DNA from: a virus
Lineage: Duplodnaviria; Caudoviricetes
DNA: 64,000 nt
Direction: 5' to 3' (one strand)
IMG/VR virus record: IMGVR_UViG_3300025168_016729
Coordinates: 637 to 64,636 of that record
In this document: positions 56,489 through 64,000 of the stretch, in pieces
How positions within the stretch are numbered: position 1 is the first letter of the stretch
How the letters are laid out: each line of letters begins with the position of its first letter
Notes under the pieces: model-generated
What the model was told of the DNA's origin: nothing
Databases searched by the model: none
What the model saw: only the letters and a program-made list of their open reading frames with translations
Translations under genes and position numbers: made by a program

Positions 56489-58483
56489 TTATCTCCGCCT
56501 TTGTCGTTTGGCACGTTTGACTTTTGGTTTGTTACTTTTTCTTTTTTGAGATTTAGGGAATGATGGTTTCATACCCAAAGGCAGGCTATAACCCTGTACA
56601 CTGCCGCCTGCCATGGATGACATTTCATCTATAGTTAAATCTACTAGATTATTAAAGGATTCATTGGAAGTTCCAGTTAAGGAATTCCATACAGATTGTT
56701 TTTCTGGTTCTGATAGATGTATAGGCAGTTTAGAAATAAATTCATCTTTATTTTCAGATGCAATTAGGTTCCGAAGAGTTGTTCCCCCCATTCCTTCTCC
56801 ACCAATGACAGGGAAGACCATCTCTTCCACATTTACTCCAGGATTATGCATTTCTGCCCATGATTGCGCCCTTGCATATCTTTTATCTCCTATATCTTTG
56901 TCACTTTTTCCGAGTACTACTGTATCCCCCTCAGAAAAAGAATTTTCATCTGCAATAAGATCATATACATCAGCTACAGGAGTTTTTCCTTCTTGTATTC
57001 TGATTTTAATATTATCATCACTCTGAGTATAAAGATCCCAAAGTCTTTTGGAGTCTTCGGCAGTTATGATAACCCTTGGGTCGTCTTTTGAAGCACGAGG
57101 TTTTTTTCCAATAATGACAATCACTTCATCAATATCAGATTCCGAAGATAGTTTTTTTGCAAGTCCATAATGTCCTGCGTGAGGAGGCTTGAATCCTCCA
57201 GGAAGTAAAGCCACTTTTTTACCTATTTTTTCTGTAATTATCTGGGAATTGAAACCAATATTTTCAGTGGTTAATTTTTTTCCTTTTTTTGGATAACGAA
57301 ATATTCCTAAGATTTGATTAATCGGTGCAAAATTCCCAGCAAATTTATAAGTATGTCCGTCATAATCAAAAACAACAGCCTCTACAGGAGTTGTGATATA
57401 AGAAAAATCTTTTATTTTATTGAGATGTCTCTGCATAACTGCCATAGCCTGAGGATCTTCTGCTCCAGAATCTGTGATTGCCTTTACAGCCACAGCCAAT
57501 TCCTCTTTCTGTCTCTGTACCTCTTTTTTGCCATCGGCGATAAAAATGCTTTGAACACTTTCCAATATAGCAACTGTAAAATCATGTACGGCCGTCTCTA
57601 TAGGTAAAATAGCTTCCTGCAACAATGTTCTCTTATTGTTGACCAGAGATACTAATTCAGTTAGATTTTGTTGGTTAAGTCCTTTTTTTAGTGCTTTGAG
57701 TCCAATATTCCCAGGTATTTTTAAAAGATACTTTGCAAGCTCTTTTTTGAGATTGGGTGACAAATCATTATCAATGCCATTTACCAATCTTTGAAAAATA
57801 AATTCTTGAATCGTATTTTTATCCGATAAGCCTTCGGCAGCAAGTGCGCCGGATATTCTAGACTTAGCCTTATTTAGGGCAGTATCATTCTCAAGTCCCT
57901 TCAGATTTATAATAGCTTCACGAGCAAGGGAAAAATCATGGTCTTTTAAAGATTTTTGCATTCTATTTAGGGCGTTATCCAATATCCTTAATATACCTTG
58001 AGGAATAGGTTTTTTATCGCCAGACTTTCGGTCAAAGACAAAGTGACCTACATTATGAATCTTAAGAGTTTTATTATCGTAGTTTATAACATTTCTAGAT
58101 CCTGGATCCATGATCTCAGCATTGTACCAAATATTTGTATCTGGTCCGAAGATTCTTTCTTTTTCTTCGTCGGATAAAGCCTCTACAGCTTTTTCAAAGG
58201 CAGAGAAGCCCCCGCTAAATGCCTTTTCTAGACCTCCACGTCCTGCAAATTTTTGAGCAAGTTCGGTAGAATCTAAGCCACCTTTTTTTAGATTGCCTTT
58301 ATTCCTTGCGCCCTTGGCTTTTCCTTCTGGTATTGAATAAGACAAGAACAGGTTTTGACCATCTACTTTTTCTTCTGTCTTTAATTGACCATTAGATGCC
58401 GCATCCATTATTTCTTTCATTTTGGCAAAAGTTAAAGTAGGATTATCATAGAGATGATCCATATGACCAGCAACACCACCCAT
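56489..58483 (-). CDS. Fusion of an ATP-dependent RNA-ligase-like adenylyltransferase domain and an HxGH (cytidylyl/NMN-adenylyl) nucleotidyltransferase
   Basis: EKVDGQN (motif I), NAEI, EAVVF and YKF in the N-terminal part; PGGFKPPHAGH and GGTTLR in the C-terminal part. Confidence 0.7.
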   Translation of the reverse strand: MGGVAGHMDHLYDNPTLTFAKMKEIMDAASNGQLKTEEKVDGQNLFLSYSIPEGKAKGARNKGNLKKGGLDSTELAQKFAGRGGLEKAFSGGFSAFEKAVEALSDEEKERIFGPDTNIWYNAEIMDPGSRNVINYDNKTLKIHNVGHFVFDRKSGDKKPIPQGILRILDNALNRMQKSLKDHDFSLAREAIINLKGLENDTALNKAKSRISGALAAEGLSDKNTIQEFIFQRLVNGIDNDLSPNLKKELAKYLLKIPGNIGLKALKKGLNQQNLTELVSLVNNKRTLLQEAILPIETAVHDFTVAILESVQSIFIADGKKEVQRQKEELAVAVKAITDSGAEDPQAMAVMQRHLNKIKDFSYITTPVEAVVFDYDGHTYKFAGNFAPINQILGIFRYPKKGKKLTTENIGFNSQIITEKIGKKVALLPGGFKPPHAGHYGLAKKLSSESDIDEVIVIIGKKPRASKDDPRVIITAEDSKRLWDLYTQSDDNIKIRIQEGKTPVADVYDLIADENSFSEGDTVVLGKSDKDIGDKRYARAQSWAEMHNPGVNVEEMVFPVIGGEGMGGTTLRNLIASENKDEFISKLPIHLSEPEKQSVWNSLTGTSNESFNNLVDLTIDEMSSMAGGSVQGYSLPLGMKPSFPKSQKRKSNKPKVKRAKRQRRR

Positions 58484-58723
58484 TTATTTTTCCTCTTTAA
58501 GGAGATTTAGTTCAGATTCTAAGGACTCAATACGTTCGTTTAGTCCTCTAAGCTGTCTCTTTATACCACGAAGATGTTCTTTTGCCAAGTTAATTCTGTT
58601 TGTATCTCTTTTATTTGTGACACGAACACTACTAATTATGTCGTTAAGAGCCTGCACTGATGCGGCTGCATCTAATCTAAATTGTTCGTTTAATAAAAAA
58701 GACTTTGTGATTTTTTTCCACAT
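58484..58723 (-). CDS. Small coiled-coil protein with MWKKITKSFLLNE leader
   Basis: 79-aa ORF with a heptad-rich C-terminus. Confidence 0.7.
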   Translation of the reverse strand: MWKKITKSFLLNEQFRLDAAASVQALNDIISSVRVTNKRDTNRINLAKEHLRGIKRQLRGLNERIESLESELNLLKEEK

Positions 58724-58724
58724 C

Positions 58725-59072
58725 TTAAGTTGATCCTTCTGGTATATCGTTAATTACTCTTAAAATACTTCCTTCAACCTGTATTTTAAACCGAACAGTC
58801 TGACCGTCGGCGTTACTTCCGTGTAAGTATAAATAGTTGTTAGAACCAGAAACGTATATATCGCCACTTGCACTAAGAGCAGTCTGAGAACTATTCCACT
58901 TCAACTGAGGGATACCCTCTACAGTATTAGCTTGACCTGTGGCTTTAAGAATATAACCATCAACATTATTGTTGATTGTTACACCACTACCGCCACCACC
59001 GCCAGTAGAAGCTGGATCGCCGCCCATTTCAGATCTTACAGGACCCAAGAGTCGTCTATCTAGGACACCCAT
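58725..59072 (-). CDS. Small fibre-like virion protein
   Basis: GGGGGSGVTINNN.D..IL.ATG fibre motif; the C-terminus GSNADGQTVRFKIQVEGSILRV matches the end of the 63678 gene. Confidence 0.55.
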   Translation of the reverse strand: MGVLDRRLLGPVRSEMGGDPASTGGGGGSGVTINNNVDGYILKATGQANTVEGIPQLKWNSSQTALSASGDIYVSGSNNYLYLHGSNADGQTVRFKIQVEGSILRVINDIPEGST

Positions 59073-59075
59073 AGC

Positions 59076-59603
59076 TTATTCTCCGGCACTAGAATTAAAA
59101 TATCCATAGGTTTCTGTTTCTTTACCAGGGAAGGGATAACTTCTTACAACAAACCCACTTATATTTAGAGAATTTTGAGCCGCTGATCGCATGAATAATG
59201 ATCTAGTCCCATCTGCATCTCCGGTGTGAGTTATCCCTGGGTATACTAAAACTAACCCTACTTGAGAAGTTATAGAAACAACTATGTTACTGGCAGCAGT
59301 AAAACTAGGGGACGAAGAAGGCGACTCTACAGACATTGTTAAATTAACATTGCCTCCGGTAGGATTAGAACACCACAAATAAACCTCCTCAATGACTCCA
59401 TAAGAAAATGTTTGAACTCGGGTAAAAGTAGTGCTATCCGCTGAGGAACTGATTATTAGTGGCCCACCAGTAGATAAGCCACCATCTGATGAAGATAAGG
59501 GCAATTTAGCAGAACCAACACCACTCAGTTTTTGATTCCCTGCACCGACCGTCAAAGGTTGTTCGGGATATTGTTGGAAAGTTAAGGAAGGAAAGTTACT
59601 CAT
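59076..59603 (-). CDS. Hypothetical beta-rich protein, probably virion-associated
   Basis: 175-aa ORF with an EEVYLW.SN...V.LT pattern; Ser/Thr-rich. Confidence 0.5.
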   Translation of the reverse strand: MSNFPSLTFQQYPEQPLTVGAGNQKLSGVGSAKLPLSSSDGGLSTGGPLIISSSADSTTFTRVQTFSYGVIEEVYLWCSNPTGGNVNLTMSVESPSSSPSFTAASNIVVSITSQVGLVLVYPGITHTGDADGTRSLFMRSAAQNSLNISGFVVRSYPFPGKETETYGYFNSSAGE

Positions 59604-59618
59604 ATTAAAATTATTTCT

Positions 59619-60509
59619 CTATTGTCCAAAAACTTCATTGATTTTGGATTTCATTTCTTGAATCCACATTCTGTCAACTTGAGAATCTACTTTGGGTTTA
59701 TTATTTTTTTCCCATAACATCATCTCTCCTTTGGCGATTGACTTCTTCAAGAATACTTTTATAGCCACGAGGGGAGACGATAATCCTACATTTTCTATCA
59801 TTCTGTATCCTGCAAAAATAACTCCCACTAGTTTATTTTTAGAATTTATAATAGGTGAACCGCTGGACCCTGGCTTAGTAGGAATGGTATATACTGAATA
59901 CCCTCTGTCATGATATCCTGAAAATATTCCCTGAAATATTAAAACTGTCCCTGACCAAAAAAGTCCATGAGGAGCAGCTAAATTAGTAACAACTTCGCCA
60001 CGACGTGGTTCGTTTTGCGCCACTCTTAAAGTAAGTGGTTTAGTGTGAACATCTGATACACTCATTAAACATAAATCAAACCTTGTATTAATATTAACTA
60101 CGTGAGCATCATGTTGGGTTCCATCTAAATCTACTACTTTAAAGCGAGATCCCTTATTAAAAACTTTAAATCCGGCAATTGTCTGGGTTTTAGGTAATTT
60201 GTTTTGACAAGAATGTCCAGCAGTTAAAATGTATGACTTATCATCTTCTACTTCACTGTGAAAAACATAAGCTCCCGATGAAACATATTTCATTTCGGCA
60301 GATTGGCACCTTTCTTTTTGTGTTTTGGGATCTAATCCACACCCTTCCAATTTAATAAACTGTCTAACTTGTACAAAAGAGTTTCTAGGATAAATATCCT
60401 GGGGGGTTTCGCTAGTTAAAGAGATTGTAGTACACCCACTAACACAACTTGAAAGGCAAAGTAACGAAATTATAAGAAACTTTATATAAAAAGGGGCTTT
60501 TTTGTTCAT
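59619..60509 (-). CDS. Trypsin-like (S1) serine protease with signal/lipoprotein peptide
   Basis: Catalytic triad motifs ILTAGHSC, DLC and PGSSGSP; basic and hydrophobic N-terminus ending LSSC/VSGC. Start placed at 60509. Confidence 0.88.
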   Translation of the reverse strand: MNKKAPFYIKFLIISLLCLSSCVSGCTTISLTSETPQDIYPRNSFVQVRQFIKLEGCGLDPKTQKERCQSAEMKYVSSGAYVFHSEVEDDKSYILTAGHSCQNKLPKTQTIAGFKVFNKGSRFKVVDLDGTQHDAHVVNINTRFDLCLMSVSDVHTKPLTLRVAQNEPRRGEVVTNLAAPHGLFWSGTVLIFQGIFSGYHDRGYSVYTIPTKPGSSGSPIINSKNKLVGVIFAGYRMIENVGLSSPLVAIKVFLKKSIAKGEMMLWEKNNKPKVDSQVDRMWIQEMKSKINEVFGQ

Positions 60510-60515
60510 AGTAAA

Positions 60516-60543
60516 GTAAGTAGATTGAAGGGACACTATTTAT
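60516..60543. promoter_or_regulatory. Back-to-back putative late promoters (minus: CTACTTAC 60516-60523; plus: CTATTTAT 60536-60543)
   Basis: Each copy is oriented with its downstream gene at the only divergent junction in the window. Confidence 0.55.
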
Positions 60544-60589
60544 CCACAGTAATTCTGTGTGAGAAATCCTTGAAAGGACGGATAAAATA

Positions 60590-60844
60590 ATGATAAGCAG
60601 TATAATGTTGTCGGGTATTTTACTTTTTGGTAGTCAAAGTATTGACTTTCCTGCTATTTGGAAGAAAGTAGAGGGAAAATGGTCTTATGTCGGACAAGTC
60701 AAAGAAAAAAAGCAAATCCTTGTTTGGATAGAAAAGACTCCAAAAACACAAGGAAGTGAGATATTTATTAGAGAGATAAAGAAAATGCCATTTATTACTT
60801 TATCACCAACCGGAGAGGTATTAGATTTACAACCCCTCCACTGA
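60590..60844 (+). CDS. Small exported hypothetical protein
   Basis: Hydrophobic N-terminus, AAGGA upstream, first gene of a plus-strand operon. Confidence 0.6.
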   Translation: MISSIMLSGILLFGSQSIDFPAIWKKVEGKWSYVGQVKEKKQILVWIEKTPKTQGSEIFIREIKKMPFITLSPTGEVLDLQPLH

Positions 60845-60855
60845 GGAGGATCTGA

Positions 60856-61326
60856 ATGTTTGGTTTTTTAACCCTTAGAAATACATTATTAATTGTTTTA
60901 GCCCTCGTTTCTGGCGCTTCTTTCTACATTTATACGAAAGCTAACAGTGTACATCAAACTGTTATTACCGGAAAGTCTACCTTTTATACTCCGGGACAAC
61001 ATGAAAACTGTAAATGGCTTGTTCATTTTAGTAATACCATAACTACCGAAGAAGGTGACACTTCTCCTGCTCAAATTGGTATACCAGAGATAATAAAAGA
61101 TGGCTATATATCAGGAATTATTCAAAATGGACCCGGAAAGTCATTACTTTTAGCATTTAAAATCCCAACACAATCCGACAAGACACCTCCGATAGTATTA
61201 ACATCCACATATACCTTAGAAGAATTGCCTCTTAAAACAATTTCTTTTCGTGTCTTCAATAGCACAGCTATGAGAATGGTTCTATATTCCAGTCAAGAGA
61301 AATGTGTAGAGGCTACAATGAAATGA
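60856..61326 (+). CDS. Membrane-anchored hypothetical protein
   Basis: GAGGAGG SD; N-terminal transmembrane helix; two Cys residues. Confidence 0.7.
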   Translation: MFGFLTLRNTLLIVLALVSGASFYIYTKANSVHQTVITGKSTFYTPGQHENCKWLVHFSNTITTEEGDTSPAQIGIPEIIKDGYISGIIQNGPGKSLLLAFKIPTQSDKTPPIVLTSTYTLEELPLKTISFRVFNSTAMRMVLYSSQEKCVEATMK

Positions 61327-62567
61327 AACGATTTGTTTTATTTTGTTTCCCTTTGATAGTAAGCGCCTGTATAGATCATGATGAATTAGTAAGACTTGAA
61401 TGCCGACCTGGGGAAAAGCAAGTTTGCACCCCAGGTGGTGAAGCAATACCTTCACTGGATCCATCAAATCCTCCTACACTATCCGGACAATGTAGATATG
61501 GATTAAGAACTTGTAACACCGAGGGGTGGGGTCTTTGTTCTGGAGGAGTTGGCAAAAGCGAAGAAGTCTGTGATGGTATAGATAATGATTGCGATGTCTT
61601 AATAGACGAAACATATCCAGAAGAACATCAGTTGTGCGGTTTTGTAGAAGGCGCTGATTATGGTGTTGGAATATGTACTCCCGGCGTAATGAAATGTGAT
61701 AATGGCAATGTGTACTGTGACGGCCATGTTGGACCTGCTGAAGAAATCTGTGATGGAATAGACAATAATTGTAATGGATCAACTGACGAAGGAATAGCAA
61801 ATTCTACAGCTATTGTCTGTTATGAGGGACCAGAAGGAACAATGGCTATTGGTGCGTGTCGTGCTGGCGTTCGCTATTGTACTGATGGCGGTTTTAATGT
61901 GCCTTGCGATGGGCAGATTTTACCTACTATGGAGTTGTGTGATAATCTAGATAATGATTGTGACGGTGAAGTGGATGAGGGTTTTGATAATCGTGGGGTA
62001 GATTTGGTTTTTGTTCTTGATATATCTGGTTCGTTTGATGAAGAGATAGAATCAATGATACAAGGAATCGCTCCGCTTTTAGACGACCCGATAACGAGCA
62101 CATTTCGCTTTGGACTAGTTGCCGTAGGTACAGCAGGCAATGGTGAAATAAGACCTCCATATCAGCACGCTAGAATGGTCTCTAACTTTGTACCCGCAGA
62201 TGAGTTCCTAGATATTCTAGAAGCTGCTAGAATGATCCAGAGTGCTGGACAAGAACCAACCATTGATACGATGTTCTGGACAATGCGTCTTTATCCATTT
62301 TCTTGGCGCTTTAATTCGCAGAAAGTAATAATAACAATGACTGATGAAGTTGCTCAAAGTGTTACGGGAAGGGACTGTACAGAAATATCTATGATTGCCC
62401 AAGATGAATTTTATGAGCTTTTTGTTTTTGCTTTACAGCCACACCATAATACATTTTTATCATGTGTCCATGGGGAACAGAGAAGATTATTTACTCCCGC
62501 TGCAAATAGCGAGACTGTTTTTTTACAAATTAAAAGTATCTTTGAGGATCTCTGTATCGGAGATTAA
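61323..62567 (+). CDS. Lipoprotein with Cys-rich MopE-like metal-binding repeats and a C-terminal vWA domain
   Basis: ATGA-coupled start at 61323; lipobox VSA-C; three E.CD..DN.C....DE repeats; MIDAS DISGS and ITMTDE. Confidence 0.85.
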   Translation: MKRFVLFCFPLIVSACIDHDELVRLECRPGEKQVCTPGGEAIPSLDPSNPPTLSGQCRYGLRTCNTEGWGLCSGGVGKSEEVCDGIDNDCDVLIDETYPEEHQLCGFVEGADYGVGICTPGVMKCDNGNVYCDGHVGPAEEICDGIDNNCNGSTDEGIANSTAIVCYEGPEGTMAIGACRAGVRYCTDGGFNVPCDGQILPTMELCDNLDNDCDGEVDEGFDNRGVDLVFVLDISGSFDEEIESMIQGIAPLLDDPITSTFRFGLVAVGTAGNGEIRPPYQHARMVSNFVPADEFLDILEAARMIQSAGQEPTIDTMFWTMRLYPFSWRFNSQKVIITMTDEVAQSVTGRDCTEISMIAQDEFYELFVFALQPHHNTFLSCVHGEQRRLFTPAANSETVFLQIKSIFEDLCIGD

Positions 62568-62658
62568 TCTAATGGTTCCCAACTTCCATCAGGAAGTTGC
62601 TGGATGCCTTTTGATCCGACTTTTCCTAAGATTAACGAACCCTCTTCATCCTTGGGAT

Positions 62659-62970
62659 TTAACTTTTTTTTTGATCTTCTTTATCTTCCTCGGTGTCGGT
62701 ATCTTTTTCTACTGATTCTATTTGCATCATCAATGCAGAACAATATTCTAATTCTGTCAAGGCATTTGTGAAAAGATCACTCATTTGAGATAAATTTTCT
62801 AAAATATCTCCAGCATCTTCATCCAAGAGAGATTTATTTATTGCTTGTGCTTCGGTGGTAAAACGATCATTAAATCTTTGTATCAACAAAGATAGTTGAT
62901 TTCCAGCTAATCGGCGGACATCTTCATTATTAGTAACAAATGTAATTTTTTTATGCGTTTTAGATTTCAT
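62659..62970 (-). CDS. Hypothetical protein, possibly extended to 62564 by a -1 shift at an A9 run
   Basis: 103-aa ORF; the -1 frame stays open from the A9 run to the TAA at 62564. Confidence 0.65.
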   Translation of the reverse strand: MKSKTHKKITFVTNNEDVRRLAGNQLSLLIQRFNDRFTTEAQAINKSLLDEDAGDILENLSQMSDLFTNALTELEYCSALMMQIESVEKDTDTEEDKEDQKKS

Positions 62971-63602
62971 ATTGTGTACCCCTCATTAAGTAGCATTTTT
63001 TTAAGTAACTCGGTTTTATCTTCATCTGTTTCACAGGAATACCACAACCACCCAATAGTTTCCTTATTACTATTTATCTCCCTCTCTAATTGATTTACTT
63101 TATTTTCTACAATCTTAATAATTTTATTAGACAGAGGCGGGATTTCTATCCCTAATTTTTCTGCAATAAACAAGAGGCCTCCAATGTCTCCTGTTCTGTA
63201 ACAGGTAGCCGCGACATTGAAAAAAGTTGCCTCTTCTTCAGATACTGCTTTGTCAGGGTGAGTTTTTTGTGCTATTAATCTATAAAGTTTTTTTATTTCA
63301 GGATCTTTTCTATCTTTTATTTTTTGCTTTTCTGTTTCCTTCTGTTCTTCCTCTTTCACATTCTCTTCTTCAATTACTGATTCCGGCTGATCCTTATTTT
63401 TGTCTTCGGTACAAGAAGATTGTTTTTGTAAAATTTCTTCTTCTTTTTTCTTATTCATTTCTTCATATTCATCTTCAAAATACTTTAGCATGTATTCTTT
63501 TATTTCTTTCTCCGATTGAGAACAGGCAAACTCTATCTCTTCTTTTTCTACGAGAAGATAAGTTCTTTTAACAATCAATTTTCTTGTTTTGATAATAGAC
63601 AT
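62967..63602 (-). CDS. J-domain (DnaJ-like) co-chaperone
   Basis: IKKLYRLIAQKTHPDK....F. Start at 63602 because the track's extension upstream of it runs through a terminator. Confidence 0.8.
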   Translation of the reverse strand: MSIIKTRKLIVKRTYLLVEKEEIEFACSQSEKEIKEYMLKYFEDEYEEMNKKKEEEILQKQSSCTEDKNKDQPESVIEEENVKEEEQKETEKQKIKDRKDPEIKKLYRLIAQKTHPDKAVSEEEATFFNVAATCYRTGDIGGLLFIAEKLGIEIPPLSNKIIKIVENKVNQLEREINSNKETIGWLWYSCETDEDKTELLKKMLLNEGYTI

Positions 63603-63607
63603 ATAAG

Positions 63608-63615
63608 GTAAATAG
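63608..63615 (-). promoter_or_regulatory. Putative late promoter CTATTTAC
   Basis: Immediately after the terminator U-tract and 5 nt before the ATG at 63602; no SD. Confidence 0.55.
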
Positions 63616-63641
63616 AAAACAGGCGACCGAAGCCGCCTGTT
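63615..63641 (-). terminator. Intrinsic terminator
   Basis: Minus strand ACAGGCGGC-TTCG-GTCGCCTGT-TTTCT, downstream of the fibre gene. Confidence 0.8.
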
Positions 63642-63677
63642 TCCTATAACCAAACTTTTACTAAACGAAATTAGGTA

Positions 63678-64000
63678 TTAGCTAAGATCGCTAGTTGTGA
63701 GTCTCAAGAGTCCACCTTCAACATTGATGCGATAGCTTTGTGAAGCGCCATCTTGATCAGTGCCTGTGACAAGCATCTTATTCTTAGCAAAAGTGACTGC
63801 ACCCGATTGTGAGCGAACTTTGCCTGCGAGATAAGTGTTTAGACGACTGACTGCGCTTTTACGTACAACATCGTCAGCACCATTATCAACAACGATCAAA
63901 TCGGCATCAACGAGGGCCTCGCCGATGTCGGTACCACCATTAATATCAAGGTTAGCAATAGCGAACGCATTATCACTACAATCAAGCGCCGTAAACGTAC
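63678..64000 (-). CDS. C-terminal part of a tail-fibre-like protein (start lies outside the window)
   Basis: Frame open to 64000: ...ANLDINGGTDIGEALVDADLIVVDNGADDVVRKSAVSRLNTY..., a repeat unit typical of marine phage fibres. Confidence 0.7.
   Translation of the reverse strand, partial: TFTALDCSDNAFAIANLDINGGTDIGEALVDADLIVVDNGADDVVRKSAVSRLNTYLAGKVRSQSGAVTFAKNKMLVTGTDQDGASQSYRINVEGGLLRLTTSDLS

Noticed and set aside
58829-58838. ACTATTTATA inside gene 58725..59072
   Set aside because: It lies in coding sequence (NYLY) about 100 nt from the next start and cannot be distinguished from chance.
29-59913. Numerous short plus-strand ORFs in the track (e.g. 2740..3234, 19133..19840, 54046..55050, 56613..57607)
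   Set aside because: They are antisense shadows of well-supported minus-strand genes, with no motifs or ribosome-binding sites.
1-64000. Stop-codon reassignment (alternative genetic code)
   Set aside because: Genes up to 10 kb are intact in the standard code, coding density is high, and TAA, TAG and TGA all end recognisable proteins at expected positions.

Overview
This 64 kb window is densely coding, almost entirely on the minus strand, and looks like part of a large uncultured tailed phage (myovirus/jumbo-like). The assignment rests on gp6- and gp25-like baseplate genes, a gp55-like sigma factor, a primase, a RuvC-like resolvase, PhoH and a tmRNA. From left to right there are six blocks. 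(1) 1-4.4 kb: small proteins sharing an N-terminal leader peptide, plus primase, a HAD nucleotidase and a resolvase. (2) 4.4-38 kb: a baseplate/tail module including a 3385-aa LamG-containing protein and an M23-peptidase spike. (3) 38-39.5 kb: a late-type sigma factor and small genes. (4) 39.5-52.3 kb: an AT-rich nucleotide-sugar and glycosyltransferase cluster (gmd, fcl-like, colD-like, per-like, about 7 GT-like genes). (5) 52.3-58.7 kb: a Cas4/RecB-like nuclease, an HExxH protease, PIN-PhoH, a tmRNA with its own sigma70 promoter and terminator, and a ligase-like/HxGH nucleotidyltransferase fusion. (6) 59.6-64 kb: a divergent cassette of exported or lipoproteins, a J-domain protein and the end of a fibre gene. 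The best candidates for undescribed systems are a virion-glycosylation system ([S/T]-[G/A/S]-S-rich baseplate proteins plus colitose/perosamine/GT genes), a capsid-targeting leader family on unrelated cargo proteins, a non-T4 late promoter TA(T/C/A)TTA often positioned for leaderless mRNAs, and a possible RNA/translation-rescue module. All product calls come from motifs read by eye; no database search was run.
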